Shown: positions 38,320 to 51,879 of the stretch, one piece after another
Position numbering within the stretch: the first letter of the stretch is position 1
How the letters are laid out: each line of letters starts with the position of its first letter
Source of the DNA: Hemiscyllium ocellatum
Lineage: Eukaryota
Assembly (NCBI RefSeq): GCF_020745735.1
Contig: NC_083415.1
Span: forward strand, 558,001-622,000
Reading direction: 5' to 3'
DNA length: 64,000 nucleotides
The notes under the pieces: model-generated
Seen by the model: the letters and a program-made list of their open reading frames with translations, nothing else
Databases searched by the model: none
Told to the model about the DNA's origin: nothing
Position numbers and translations under genes: made by a program

Positions 38320-38615
38320 AAGTACCTAGTGTGTTGAAGGTGTTTGGCGCATGTACCTTCATTGGTCAGAGCACTGAGTGCAGGAGTTAGGGCTTCATGT
38401 TGTAACTGTCCAAAACATTGGAATGAACTGCCAGAGGAAGCGGTAAGTGCAGAGATAGGTCCCACATTGAGAAGACATTTGAACAGCTACAGGAACTGGA
38501 TAGGTCTGGATGGATATGGGCCAAAGGCAGGCAAGTGGAATGAGTTTAATTTGGGAACTCTGGTCAGCATGGATGGGCTGGACCAAGGGAACTGTTTCGG
38601 TGCTGTACGACTTTA
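38320..38615 (+). mobile_element. CR1 3' fragment
   Basis: ggaatgaactgccagaggaag...ggatatgggccaaaggcaggcaagtgg. Confidence 0.65.
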
Positions 38616-39239
38616 TGTCTCACTGACTTTATGGTGGATAGGCTCAAAGTTGGAAGGTGGTGAGCAAGTGAGGGGCTAGATTGGGCATGTGGGAGAGTTT
38701 GGGCTGGTAGGCTGGCTGCTGGGTAAGCTTGCGTGCACTCTGAGTGGCAAAAGGTGGCATCAAGGTAAATGGTAATGGTCACAGGATAATTTGGTCGAAT
38801 TGTGCTTGGTAGGTGAGGGGTAGTTTGAGCTGAAATGCAGGAGGTCTGTCTTTGTCAGGTTGGTTTATGGAGAGGTGGGCAGGATGCCAGGCTGGTTAGT
38901 GTAGAGGTGGGCAGAGTGCCAGGATGTTTCGGGGATGGAAGGTCACTGGAATGAAGTGACAGGTGGACGTGTTGTCAAAATGCAAAGCTCGGAGTCTGGC
39001 AAAATGGTAGGTTGTAAAGCACAGATGCCAAAGGAGCTAGGATGCAATGTGCACAGGTTGTCTTGGGTAAGATGAGAGGTCAGTGATCAAGGGTTGAGGT
39101 CATGTTTTGGGTAGTGGGCTTTTGTCAGAGGTTGTGAAAATGATGGTGCCAGGTCCAGTCAGGGCCAGATTCGCCATGGACCAGGTACAGGGCGGCAGGA
39201 GTGTAAATGACTGAAAGGAATTGAGATCATATGTCCATC

Positions 39240-39920
39240 TGGAATATAGAATATAGAACATTACTGTGCAGTACAGGCCCTTCAGTCCTCAATGTTGCGC
39301 TGACCTGTGGAACCAATCTGAAGCCTATCTATCCTACACTATTCCATTTTCATCCATATGTTTATCCAATGATCTTTTAAATGCCCTTAAAGTTGGCGAG
39401 TGTACTATTGTTGCAGGCAGTGTGTTCCATGGCCCTACTACTCTCTGAGTAAAGAAACAACCTCTGACATCTGTCATCTATGTCCTCTCCTGCTAGCCAT
39501 CACTATTCAAGGAAAAAAACTTTCACTGTCCACCCTCTGTTTATCTTTTATGTCTCAATTAAGTCACCTCTCAACCTTCTTCTCTCAAACAAAAACAGCC
39601 TCAAGATCCTCATCCTTTCCTCATTAAACCTTCCCGCCATACCAAACAACATCCTGGGAAACCTCCTCTGAACTCTTCCCAAGCTTCCACATTCTCTCTA
39701 TGATGTGGTGACCAGAACAGTACACAATACTCCAAGTGCAGCCACACCAGAGTTTTGTACAGCTGCAACCTAACCTCATGGTTCTGAAACTCAGTCCCTC
39801 TATCGATGAAAGCCAGCACAAAGTATGCCTTCTTAACAACTCTATCAAACTGGCTGGCAACTTTTAGGGATCTGTGTACATGGGCACCGAGATCTCTCTG
39901 CTCAGCTACACTACCAATAT
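39240..39920 (-). mobile_element. CR1 3' fragment
   Basis: ORF 39610..40002 includes QLYKTLVWLHLEYCVLFWSP; (ATAGAAT)-like tail at 39243. Confidence 0.8.
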
Positions 39921-40404
39921 GGATTGCCTTGGATGTGTTTTGTGTGATAGGGCTTGTGTGTTCTGGGCATGAATGGGTGTATAGCAGGGTGGGGTTTGTC
40001 AATGTGAGTGGAAATTTAGGTCTAGGTAGAGTAAGTGCAGTGGTTAGTCTGAGAGATGAGGTTTGGTGGTGAACTGCGTATCAGTTTGATAGTTATTAAA
40101 GTTAAAGATTACTTGTTCATTTCTCAAATCATATTTACGTAAATACTCAGCTGTAACACTCCAAAGTCTCTGAACCTTAATGGTCCTCCATTTTTCAGAG
40201 GCCTCCAGAATTCAGATCATTGTAAATGAGATGTTTCAACTTCCAGCCAATTGGCCTGAGTTCAGCCGTGACAGCCATCCTCCCCGTCCCAGTGCTCAGC
40301 TCCTGCCTGTGCTGCTGCTGCTGCTGCAGTGACCTTCCTCCCAGAGAGAACATTCTGTCTTGCATTGATAAGTGAGGAAGGCTCACTGGACCTGATTTCC
40401 AAGT

Positions 40405-40690
40405 ATGGGGATGGCAAACACGAGGGGACACAACTTTAAAGTGAGGGGAGATAGGTATAAGACAGATGGCAGAGGTAGTTTCTTTACTGATTGTGTAGTA
40501 AGGGTGTGGAATGCTTTGCCTGCAACGGTCGTAGATTTGCCAAGTTTAAATACATTAAAGTTGTCATTGGACAGGCATATGGATGTGCATGGAATAGTAT
40601 AGGTGGAATGGGCTTCATATTCGTATGTCTGAGCAGCACAACATCGAGGGCCGAAGGGCCTGCACTGCACTGTGATGTTCTATGTTCTAT
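40405..40690 (+). mobile_element. CR1 3' fragment
   Basis: TRGHNFKVRGDRYKTD..VVRVWNALP; GAGGGCCGAAGGGCC hairpin and TTCTATG tail. Confidence 0.8.
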
Positions 40691-40758
40691 GATTCACTCT
40701 GATTTCTCTCCGGGGGTACTGCCAGCTGTTGGGTATTTCCAGCAGCAGGGTACCTAGT

Positions 40759-41075
40759 GGGGCGGCACGCTGGTTCCGTGGTTAGCGCTGCTGCCTCACA
40801 GTGCTAGGGACTCGGGTTCCATTCCAGCCTCGGGTGACTGTCTGTGTGGAGTTGACACTTTCTCCCCATATCTGTGTGCATTTTCGCCCACAGTCCAAAG
40901 ATGTACAAGCTGGGCGAATTGCAAATGTTGTGTTCAGTGATTGGGAGGTTAGGTGCATTAGTCAGGGTTAACTATAGCATAATAGGGTAGAGGAATGGAT
41001 CTGGATGCGTTTCTTTTCAGAGGGTGGGTGTGGACTTGTTGGGCCAAATGGCCTGTTTGCACACACTGTAGAATT
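40759..41075 (+). mobile_element. V-SINE (HE1-like)
   Basis: tRNA-like head gggcggcacg..gtggttagcgctgctgcctcacag, V-domain-like core. Confidence 0.75.
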
Positions 41076-41421
41076 TCGATGAATCTGCATTTCCTTGGTT
41101 TGTATTTTGTGAAATTTCTCTGCTCTTCACAGCAATCCAATGAAAGTGTCAGTTGGTGAGATCTTCAAACAGTTACTGGGGTGGGATCAGGATGTTCTTC
41201 TTCCTAAATGATATGGCAATGGTCAAGGTCGAGGGCATGTTTCTAAAGAGGGAACCAATGATCATGATCAGCAACTGGTAGGAAACAAAAATAAACTCCA
41301 GTTATGCTGTAGACTTCAGCGGGAGCATACTGGCAAACGGTTACAGCTGAGGATACATTTGAGTAACTGATAAGGTCAAATTAACAGAAACTAACATGCT
41401 CAATTGGTCATTCTATTGTAG

Positions 41422-41727
41422 AGACACCATCTTCTCCCACGCTTTATGGCCTGGTCTCCTCCTGTGAGGAGCACAGCACCAGTTCGACAATCTTTGGTTG
41501 TTTGGTGATGGACTATTCTCCTGACGTCACCAAGGTAACCTGGAAGAAAGGCGGGGAGCTAATCACGGATGGATTGAAGACTTACCCATCCGTGAGAAAC
41601 AAGAAGGGAACCTACACCCTGAGCAGCCAGTTAACCCTGCCCGGGTCAGCGGTAGATTGCCCCAGCAAAATCTACTGTGAGGTTGAACACAGCGGGTCTC
41701 ACAAGAGCACAGAAATGCCATGTCCAG
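41422..41727 (+). CDS. IGHM: IgM CH1 exon ([15 protein letters not shown]...[19 protein letters not shown])
   Basis: AG acceptor at 41420-41421, GTACGT donor, phase 1/1; C1-set Cys/Trp/Cys plus N-terminal Cys for light-chain pairing. Confidence 0.95.
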
Positions 41728-41809
41728 GTACGTATTGTGGGAACTGAGATAAACAGAGCATCTGGGATTAATATGAATAAGGCATTATTTATAATCATTT
41801 TCACAGAAT

Positions 41810-44700
41810 CACCTTATACAGCACAGGAAAAAGGCCCTTTGATCCATCCAGTTTACGCCTATCAATAACAGCCACCTAACTATTCCAGTCCCATGTGCCA
41901 GCACATGATCCATTGCCTTGTGTGACTTGCCCTTGCAAGGATGCATCTCAATACTTCATACTTATTATGAGGGGCTCAGTTTCGACATGACTTATAGGTG
42001 CTGAGCTCCAGGCTAACACCACCCTCTGTTTGATTTTGTTTTCCCCTAAGATCCACTTGGAACCTCCTGGCCTTACCTTCACCCTGTGCCCCTGAGGCAT
42101 TGATCTCTCCATCAAGGGGAAAGGTTTCATCCAGTTTACCCAGTCTATGCCTAAAATAATTCTAGACATCATGATAATCTTCTCCCTAATACTCCTCTGC
42201 TCCAAGGAAAACTCCTGTCTATCTCATCTAGTTTCATAACTAAAACCCTCCAACCCAGGCAAGATCCTGGCAAATCTAATCAATACTGCCTTCAGTGTAA
42301 TCACATTCCTTCGATAACATGCACACAACGCTTCAGTATGGCCTAACCAGTGTTCTATCAAGTTCCAGTATCATCTGCCGATTCTTCATTGTCAATGTCT
42401 AGGCTAATAAAAGCAAATATCCTCCCACCTTCTTCGTCTCTTTATCCAGACGACACAGTACTATAGGGGATTGGTGGGTACATGCACCAAAGATCCTCAG
42501 GCCTTTCCAGGGTTCCACCATTCAAAATGTCATACCTCACAGATTCTTCTGCCGAATTCCATCACCTTACATTTATCCAGAATAATTTCCATTTGCAACT
42601 TCTCTTCACATACAACCAACCCTTTTATATCCTCCTGCAATCTAAAGCCATAATGCTCATGACTTACCAACATGACAGTTTTCATTTCATCTGTGAATTC
42701 ACTGGTTAATCCTCCTAAATTTGAGTCTCAATCATTGGTATGTAAGAGAAATAACATGGAAATCAACACCAATCCCTACAGAACACCAGGAGACATAGAT
42801 TTCCAGTCACGCAGACACCCGATGACTATTATCCCCTGCTCCCATCACTCAGCCAGTTCTCGATCCAATCTGTCAAATTAACTCGGATCCCAGTGGCTCT
42901 GATTATTGCTATCATCTGGACATCGAGTTATCTCTCTGAAAACTACTATCAAATTGTTACACATGACTTTCTCTCAATAAAACCGCGCTGAAAGTTGTTG
43001 ATTTATCTTCCAAATGAAGACTAATTTCACTTTTCAATAGTTTCCCTACCACTGTGACTAGCTTAACAGATCTGTGTTTTCATTATTTATCCCTTCCTTT
43101 GTCCTGCGTAACAGTGCAACGTTGGCTGATCTACACTCACTTGGCACAACTGCTGTGGCCAGACAGTAATTCTAAATTATTGTCAGCGACCCAACTATTT
43201 CATCCTTTTCTTCGCTCAACCGCTTGGTATACTTTTCATCTGCCCTGGAAATATAACAACTTTTCATTCAGCAAGACAACACAGAACATCACGTCATGTG
43301 TCCTAATTTCTGAAAGTACATCACAACCCCCCTCCATGATTTCTGTCCCCACATTGTCCGTCTTACTAGTGAACACTGACACAACACATTTGTTTTGACC
43401 ACAACCTAATCCTCCGACTCCACTCCAATAACAACACTTAATGGGCATTACTGTTTCCCGAATAATTCTTTTATTATGAATGAGCCTGTAACTTTTAAAA
43501 ATATTTTCCTTTATTTTGACTGCTATTATTTTCTCATGCTCCCCTTTGCTCTTCTAATTCCTTTGTCTTTCAAACTCCCCCTTGCATGTTCTGTGCTCCA
43601 CACTAATTTCTATTGTTTTGAGATTTCAGTATAGACCGGAAGCCTCCCTTGTTTCTCTTTATCTCACCCTCCATGCCCTTTGGTATCCAGAGCCCGCTAC
43701 ATTCTTGGTCCCATTCAGTGGCTTCCTGGGAAATGTCCTCCCTGTGATTTTCCTATCTCTTTCTTAAATGTGTCACACTGCTCTGACTCAGATTTACCAA
43801 TAAGTGTCAGCTTCCAGTCCACTCTGGTTAAGTCATTACCTGATCTTACTAAAATTGTCCTTCCCCTTTTCAGAACTTTGGGCCAATTTCTATTCCTTTG
43901 CAGTACAATCTGAAATCCAACTGATTTACGATCACTGTCTGCAAAGTGCACCACCATTGATGTTTTACCCACTGGGTCGACTTCATTTCCAAAAGTTAAG
44001 TTCAGGTTCACCCCTTTCTTGCAAGGTCTGGATTAAAATTCTCTGTATTAACACATACTTTGTTTAAATATTCTCCTGGGGGCATTTTCAGAATTGTGCT
44101 CCCTCTAAACTTTTGACACAATGAATATCCAAGCCTATGCTGAGGAAGTTAAAAACCTCTTTTCTCATTCCCCTATTTAATTAACATTTCTCTGAAATTT
44201 GCCCATGTATTTGCACTTGGTCTTTTGAACCTATAGTAAGGTCTATCGTGCTCTCCCAGTAGTTATGTTTGCTGTATTTTGGTTTTGAAGTACTGTCCAT
44301 TTGCCTTTGTTCGAGGAGGTATCCATGATTTCATTTCTCTTTACAGCCTAAAATACTCTTGTCAGAATTGCGACAGAAGCAACATTCTGTGCCGCAAACC
44401 CCCGCCTCCATCCTTTTCCATCTTTCCCTGTCTCGCCTGAAGGCACTAAATCCTGGAATATTGAATAGCCACTCCTGCCCGGCTCTCAATATGTCTCCGT
44501 GATAGCAACCGCATCATTTCCTCATTTATGCCGGTAATTCATCTGCTTTGTTCATTAGACTCTGTCATGAAAATGAATACCATCCAAAGTTGCTATCTCC
44601 CTTCTGATGTTACCGGCCTATAGTTTCTATGCCTCCTTGACCCCCTTGCTGTGTCCTATAATTTTAGCCTTTCACATTGTCCTGCTGATCTTTCTGTGTG
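41810..44700 (-). mobile_element. Old fragmented CR1 remnants in the CH1-CH2 intron (~41810-42950 and ~43480-44700)
   Basis: Degenerate similarity to RT-end and endonuclease regions of the CR1 at 49135-51626. Confidence 0.6.
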
Positions 44701-44833
44701 GATACCAGCTTCTCCAGCACTCTGCACAATTATGATTCTTGTATCCATTAACCACAAGAAACCTTGATATATGAGAACTGATTGTATTTGTTATGAAATT
44801 CATCAGATAATTTATGCGATGTGTTTCCTAAAG

Positions 44834-45145
44834 GTAGAGGTCCTCTCCCACCAACCCTTCTCCTAACTGTGAGCTCCAGTGAAGAAATCGCAAGCAGCAA
44901 GTTTGCAACTGTCGTTTGTTCAATCATCGATTTCCATCCAAAGTCAATCTCCGTGAGTTGGTTGAAAAATGGCCGACTCTTGGATTCTGGCTTCTTCACG
45001 TCTCCCGTGTGTGAGGCGAACGGGAACTTCTCGGTGACGAGTCGGCTGATGGTCCCTTATGGTGAATGGTACAACAGTGCAGTCTATATCTGCCAGGTCA
45101 CTCATGAAGAGAACGTTCAAAGTAAAAACATCACCGCACTCCAGG
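44834..45145 (+). CDS. IGHM: IgM CH2 exon ([13 protein letters not shown]...[20 protein letters not shown])
   Basis: TTCCTAAAG acceptor, GTAAG donor, phase 1/1; VVC..VSW..YIC Ig fold. Confidence 0.93.
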
Positions 45146-45379
45146 GTAAGAGACACATACTGAGAGAGCTACAAATCACTCTGAACTCTGATGTGAATCA
45201 AACTAATTTATCAGGCGTAGTAAACAGCAAGGTACAGCTTCTCGTTTCCCAGCATGTCACGTATCTCATTTCAGTTTGAGTGTTACATTAGCATTGCTCA
45301 TAATTCAACATTTTGGCAAGTCAGAAAAGCATGTTTCCTCTCTGTTGAAGATAGATATATAGACAGTGAGCTTTGTTAA

Positions 45380-45890
45380 ATAGTTTGTTGCCTGACCATG
45401 CTGGGAGAGGCATTCAGAGTGCTGAATCCTTGCCTGGTAGTGGCTTCAAGGATAAGTTTGGGGGTGGAGGGGGGATATTGGAGAGATATCTAATTGAAAC
45501 ATAAAAAATACTGAGAGACTGAGGTCGAGTGAACGGGGAATAGATGTTTTGACTGGTAGGCGAGACTAGGACCCAAGGGCACAGTCTCAGGGTCAAAGGG
45601 GCACCGTTTAGAACTGAGATGGGGAGGAATTTCTTCAGCCAGAGGGTGATGAATCTGTGGAACTTGTTGCTGCAGAGGGCTGTGGAGACAGGCCATTGTG
45701 TATATTCAAGCCAGAGATAGTTCGGCTCTTGTTTAGTGTGGGGAGAAGACAGTAGAATGGCTTTAGCCCGAAACGTCGGTTTTCCTGCTCGTCAGATGCT
45801 GCCTGACCTGCTTTTCCAGCATCATTCTGATCTAAACTCTGGATTGGCCGAACAGCCTTATTCTGATCCTCTATCTTATGATGATGTGGT
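45380..45890 (+). mobile_element. CR1 3' fragment with inserted PLE terminal fragment (~45765-45840)
   Basis: ggaggaatttcttcagccagagggtgatgaatctgtggaac; gcccgaaacgtcgg...tgctgcctgacctg. Confidence 0.6.
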
Positions 45891-47105
45891 CTCAAAATGA
45901 CGTGGTTAAAATATGCAGTGACCCTTACTTGAAAATAAATCAAAATGCGTTCAATGCTTCATTCCCTGCTCAGGAATGACCTGTTGGCCTTGGACATTGT
46001 ACGACATTGATTTTTATCTGGTACTGAGCTCTTTAACTGCATTTATGGGATCAGACCACAGACCAAGTGGGTATCACATTTGATGAACTGGGATAAACGT
46101 GATCTCACTGAGCTTATTTAAGATGCTCTCTGTAAGTAGTGGATGAGGCAGGAGAATAAATTCTGGTAAGAATGCTACAATAGGGATGAATGAACGAGGA
46201 ACTCGAGACAGGCTGATTTAGCCTGGTTTGGGGTGGCGATGTTTACACAGTGGGTAGTGGATGTCTATAAAATTAGTGTACATTTCCATCACGTTTGTAG
46301 ATTAATTTAAGATGCTTTTGTTTGTTTTTTTTCTCCCCTGCTCTATGAAGAAATTTTAAAAATGCAGCTTGGTAAATAAAGTGAAAGTACAGACCAGTCA
46401 TGAACGAACTGAATGGAGGGAAAGACTTAAGGAGATGGGTGTCCTTCTCGATATCCAATGCTGTACTCAGTGTCTTGTTTTCAGATCTACTCCAAACTCA
46501 GCCCACGAGGAACAATGACATAAATTAGAGAATGACATCACACCAATAACGCAAAGTATTTTTGATCACGTTAAATATAATGAACAGAATTTCCATGGAT
46601 ATTCACCGCTCCTGTAACACTTTAGAACTCTGCAAAGAGAATAATTATTATTTATTATAATTTGTCCAAAATTTGGGATGTGATTTGGCAGTCAGCGTGA
46701 CCAGCAGCACTTGCACCTAAGGGTTATGAACATGGAATTGAACTCATTATATTCAGATTACTCTTGTCACAAGTATCTATAGATGGTCTTAAGTGAGAGA
46801 CAAACTCTGAAAGAAAGGTAATTCCATGGGTTACATAATGGTATCTTCGATGATTTTACTTTTTTCACAGGTGGCACTTGTTACAAAGCCAGTGTTCTTT
46901 AGGAATAATGACACAGGGTATGTCATAGGTAATCACAAATGCTTTCACAAATCAAAATACATCAACAATAGTAAGCATCGTTTCAGCAATGGTTGGAGTT
47001 GCCATTTTGAAGGTGGTGTCTTCACCCTGTGAAGAAGTAATCTGAAGATTGGGTGTTTGTATCATAAAAGGGCATTTTTCATTGACTTTGATTTTTGTTT
47101 CATAG

Positions 47106-47414
47106 AAGATACCGAGTGCCACCCTAACACCGTTAAAATCCTCCCACCGCCAGTAGAACAAGTCTTACTGGAGGCGACGGTGACGTTAACCTGTGTTGTG
47201 TCCAATCTTCCTTCTGGAGTCAACGTGACCTGGAAACAAGAAAAGAAGCCTCTGAAATCAGAGATTGCTGACCAGCCTGGACAGAATCCCGACAGCGTGA
47301 TCAGCAAATTAGACATTTCTACTGAAGCCTGGCTGAGTGGCGTTACTTTTGAATGTGTGGTGTACCATCAGAATCTACCGACTCCGCTGAGAGACTCCAT
47401 CCACAAGGAGAAAG
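47106..47414 (+). CDS. IGHM: IgM CH3 exon ([16 protein letters not shown]...[22 protein letters not shown])
   Basis: TTTCATAG acceptor, GTGAGC donor, phase 1/1; LTC..VTW..FEC. Confidence 0.95.
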
Positions 47415-47869
47415 GTGAGCGGTGAGATTAAAACACAAAGCATCCCATGTGTAATCCAGATCCAGTTACATCAATGGCAGGCTTTGATTGGTAATGAACA
47501 AACACCGTTGGGAGCATTAATGATGCATCTGAAGGCAGGATAACAAAGTAGCTGATTAAGAAAAAGATGGACCAAAGGATATTGTATTCTGATTAAATCA
47601 GATAAGGTGGGAAGAAACCTGGGTTGTGATGTCACCATCAGCAATGACAGTTGGACAGAATGCCCTTGTTGTGGGTTGGAAACATGGAGGCAACTTTCAC
47701 ATTAAACTTTACTTTTTTTACTGAACAGAATGTGTACCATACTGCTCCTTTAGAAAATGAAAGTGAATAAATCCCAAATTTAAAATGACGTATTTTAATA
47801 TTGAGTGAAATTGTGATATTGGTTCAGGATGTTTTTGATTGATTTATATTTGTCTCAAATATTCTGCAG

Positions 47870-48261
47870 TGATTAATCCGCTGGAGCCATCAGTGTCGGT
47901 CCTCCTGCCACCAACAGAAGAAATCTCCGCTCAGAAGTTTCTCTCCCTCACCTGTTTAGTGAGAGGTTTCTCCCCCCGAGAGATCTTCGTCAAGTGGACA
48001 AGCAATGACAAGCCGGTGAATCCCAGTAACTACAAGAACACCGAGGTGATGGCGGAGAGTGACAACACCTCCTTCTTCATCTACAGCCTGTTATCCATTA
48101 CAGCGGAGGAGTGGGCCAGCGGTGCTTCTTACTCCTGTGTGGTGGGACATGAAGCGATTCCATTGAAGATCATCAACAGAACAGTCGATAAATCCAGCGG
48201 TAAACCGAGTTTCGTAAACATTTCACTTGCACTGATGGACACTGTTAATTCATGTCAATAA
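47870..48261 (+). CDS. IGHM: IgM CH4 exon plus secretory tailpiece ([20 protein letters not shown]); internal donor at 48200 for TM splicing
   Basis: TTCTGCAG acceptor; LTC..VKW..YSC; AGCG|GTAAA cryptic donor; tail with N-glycosylation site NIS and penultimate Cys. Confidence 0.96.
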
Positions 48262-48297
48262 AAATCTCAAAGTTGCATTTAATAATTCAACAGAAGT

Positions 48298-48303
48298 AAT
48301 AAA
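48298..48303 (+). terminator. Probable polyadenylation signal of secreted IgM mRNA
   Basis: AATAAA 37 nt after the stop, followed by T-rich sequence. Confidence 0.6.
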
Positions 48304-49134
48304 GTTTCTTTTCCCTCCAGTTGTGAGTTAAATACTGAATTAGTTGTTTCTCACTCTGACTTACATTCCATCTCTGTAGTTAAAGTGGGTTATTAACAGG
48401 TCTAGGACAAGTGTCTTGTGCAGTTAATGTTCTCTGCTCAAATACACCCTGGGTCAGAGACAGAGTAAAGGTCACTCATTGCAGGATTCCGCCAAGTACC
48501 TTATCCATCCTAAATCCCTCTGTGACAAAATCTGACAATGTCCATTTTATGTCCAGGGTAGAGCACGAGTTTTGAACTTGGTGTTCTTGATTCCCCTGAT
48601 TGGACATTCTTATAAAATTCATGTCAGTTTTAAACTGCCACATTGCACCAATTGGAAATGTAAATTTAATACACTTTAAAATTAAATTTGATTGGAACAT
48701 ACCAATCGTAAAGAGTGCAGAACAGTTTGAATGTAACCGTTGTTTCTGGGGAACTGCCAGGGATCTTGCGCCAGCGCATGAGTTGACAGAATGTATCTTC
48801 ACTTTCACACCAAAGGGAATCGACAGATAAGTTGTCGTGGAGCAGAGGGGAGGGGAACGATGAATGGTCTGTCCTCTTGCTCCCTGTACAGAGTTTTCAT
48901 GGTAGATGTCCTCTGTAATGTAACCCCGTTACTAACAGGAACAGTCAGCTTCTTGCTTACTGTCCAAAGATTGAACATTTCCATGCAAAATAATACCTTT
49001 GAAACATGTTGGACACGCTTGGCTCTGTTAACAAATGATTAACATCGATTCCCATAATCCAAAACTGGTGTTTGCATCGTCCCAGTTTGAATTCCATAGT
49101 TTTGTCTCAGTTTTCTGGAGCACATGGGATCAAT

Positions 49135-51626
49135 TAGAACATAGAACATAGAAAAATACAGCGCAGTACAGGCCCTTCGGCCCTTGATGTTGCGCCGACC
49201 AAAGTCTACCTAACCTACACTAGCCCAATAACCTCCATATGCTTATCCAATGCCCGCTTAAATGACCATAAAGAGGGAGAGTTCACCACTGCTACTGGCA
49301 GGGCATTCCATGAACTCACAACCCGCTGAGTAAAGAATCTACCCCTAACATCTGTCCTATACCTACCACCCCTTAATTTAAAACTGTGTCCCCTAGTGAC
49401 AGCTGACTCCATTAACAGAAAAAGGTTCTCAGTGTCGACCCTATCTAAACCCCTAATCATCTTGTACACCTCTATCAAATCTCCCCTAAACCTTCTTTTC
49501 TCCAATGAGAACAACCTCAAGTGCCTCAGCCTTTCCTCATCCGATCTTCCTACCATGCCAGGCAACATCCTGGTAAACCTCCTCTGCACTCGTTCCAGTG
49601 CCTCCACATCCTTCCTATAGTATGGCGACCAAAACTGCACACAATACTCCAGATGAGGCCGCACCAGAGTCTTATACAACTGCAACATGACCTCAGGACT
49701 CTGGAACTCAATTCCTCTACCAATAAAGCCCAGTACACCATATGCCTTCTTCACAGCACTATTTACCTGGGTGGCAACTTTCAGAGATCTGGACACCAAG
49801 ATCCCTCTGCTCATCCACACTACCAAGTAGCCTACCATTAGCCCAGTAATCCATCTTCTTGTTACTCCTACCAAAGTGAATGACTTCACACTTAGCTACA
49901 TTGAACTCCATTTGCCACCTTTCTGCCCAGCTCTGCAACTTATCTATATCCCGCTGTAACCTGCCACATCTTCTTCGCTGTCCACAACTCCACCGACTTT
50001 CATGTCATCCGCAAACTTGCTCACCCAGCTTTCAAGCCCCTCCTCTAGATCATTTATAAAGATGACAAACAGCAATGGTCCCAAAACAGATCCTTGTGGA
50101 ACACCGCTAGTAACTGCACTCCAAGATGAACCTATTCCATCAACTACTACCCTCTGTCTCCTTCCAGCCAGCCAATTCCTAATCCAAACCTCTAATGCAC
50201 CCTCAATGCCATACCTCCGTAGTTTTTGCATTAGCCTACTATGGGATACTTTATCGAACGCCTTGCTAAAATCCATATACACCACATCTACTGCTTTACC
50301 CTCGTCCACCTCCTTAGTCACCTTCTCAAAGAACTCAATAAGGTTTGTGAGGCACGACCTGCCCTTCACAAAACCATGCTGACTATCCTTGATCACATTA
50401 TTTCTATCCAGATGTTCATAAATCCTGTCCCTTACAATTCTCTCTAAGACTTTGCCCACAACAGAAGTGAGACTCACTGGCCTATAGTTACTCGGGCTAT
50501 CCCTACTCCCCTTCTTGAACAAGGGGACCACATTCGCTATCCTCCAGTCTTCTGGCACTATTCCCGTAGACAATGACAACATAAAAATCAAGGCCAATGG
50601 CTCTGCTATCTCCTCCCTAGCTTCCCAGAGGATACTAGGATAAATGCCATCAGGCCCAGGGGACTTATCTATTTTCATCCTTTCCAGTATTCCCCAGACC
50701 TCTTCCCTACATACCTCAAGGCCATCCATTCTAATCACTTGTGACTCAGTATTCACATCAGCAACAGTGTCCCGTTTCTGAGTGAATACTGACGAAAAGT
50801 ATTGATTTAGTGTCTCTCCAATCTCCTCCGCCTCCACGCACAACTTCCCACTACTATCCTTGACTGGACCGATACCTACCCTAGTCATCCTTTTATTCCT
50901 GACATACCTATAGAAAGCCTTTGAGTTTTCCCTAATCCTACCAACTAAGGACTTTTCATGTCCCCTTCTCGCTGCTCTTAGCTCTCTCTTTAGATCCTTC
51001 CTGGCTACCTTATAACTCTCAATCGCCCCAACTGAACCTTCACGCCTCATCTTTACGTAGGCCGCCCTCTTCCCTTTCACAAGGGATTCCAATTCCTTAT
51101 TAAACCACGGCTCCCTCACAAGACCCTTTACTCCCTGCCTGACTGGTACATATTTATCATGGACACCCAATAGCTGTTCCTTGAACAATCTCCACATATC
51201 ATTTGTGTTCTTCTCTTGAAGCCTATTTTTCCAATCCACGCATCCTAAGTCATGCCTCACCGCATCATAATTTCCCTGCCCCCAGCTATAACTCTTGCCC
51301 TGCAGTGCACACTTATCCCTCTCCATCACTAAAGTAAAAGTCACCGAGTTGTGGTCACTGTCCCCGAAGTGCTCACCTACGTCCAAGTCTAACACCTGGC
51401 CTGGTTCATTACCTAGAACCAAATCCAGTATGGCCTCACCTCTTGTTGGCCTGTCTACATATTGTGTCAGGAAACCCTCCTGCACACATTGGACAAACAC
51501 CGACCCATCTAACGAACTCGAGCTATAGCTTTCCCAGTCAATATCTGGGATGTGAAAGTCCCCCATAACAACCACCCTGCTACTTTCACTCTTCTCCTGA
51601 ATCATCCTCGCAATACTTTCCACTAC
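49135..51626 (-). mobile_element. Young 5'-truncated CR1 LINE (same family as 5126-6753), antisense in the CH4-TM1 intron
   Basis: ORFs 49944..51650 and 49215..49889 nearly identical to ORF 4998..6677; one frameshift and a small deletion; (TTCTAT)n tail. Confidence 0.95.
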
Positions 51627-51879
51627 TGTTATTCGAATACCTGATATCATTTTGTTTCACATACAGAACACAAGTAGACATTTTTTAATAAACATATTCA
51701 GAAATGTTATCTCTGGGGCAGTGGGGATTTGATCAGAGACAGAAATTCTATCACTGCAACAGAAGAGTTGCTCATAAAACGCTTATCTCTCCACGACGAT
51801 GGGAAATGTTTCCTACAACACCAAGGTCAAATCTAATTATGGGCAATCCATTAAAATTAGAACAATAAATTAGAATAAT

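Noticed and set aside
40240-40400. GC-rich (CTG)n segment 5' of a CR1 fragment as a captured exon
   Set aside because: No recognisable protein in any frame and no clear splice sites; needs a database search.
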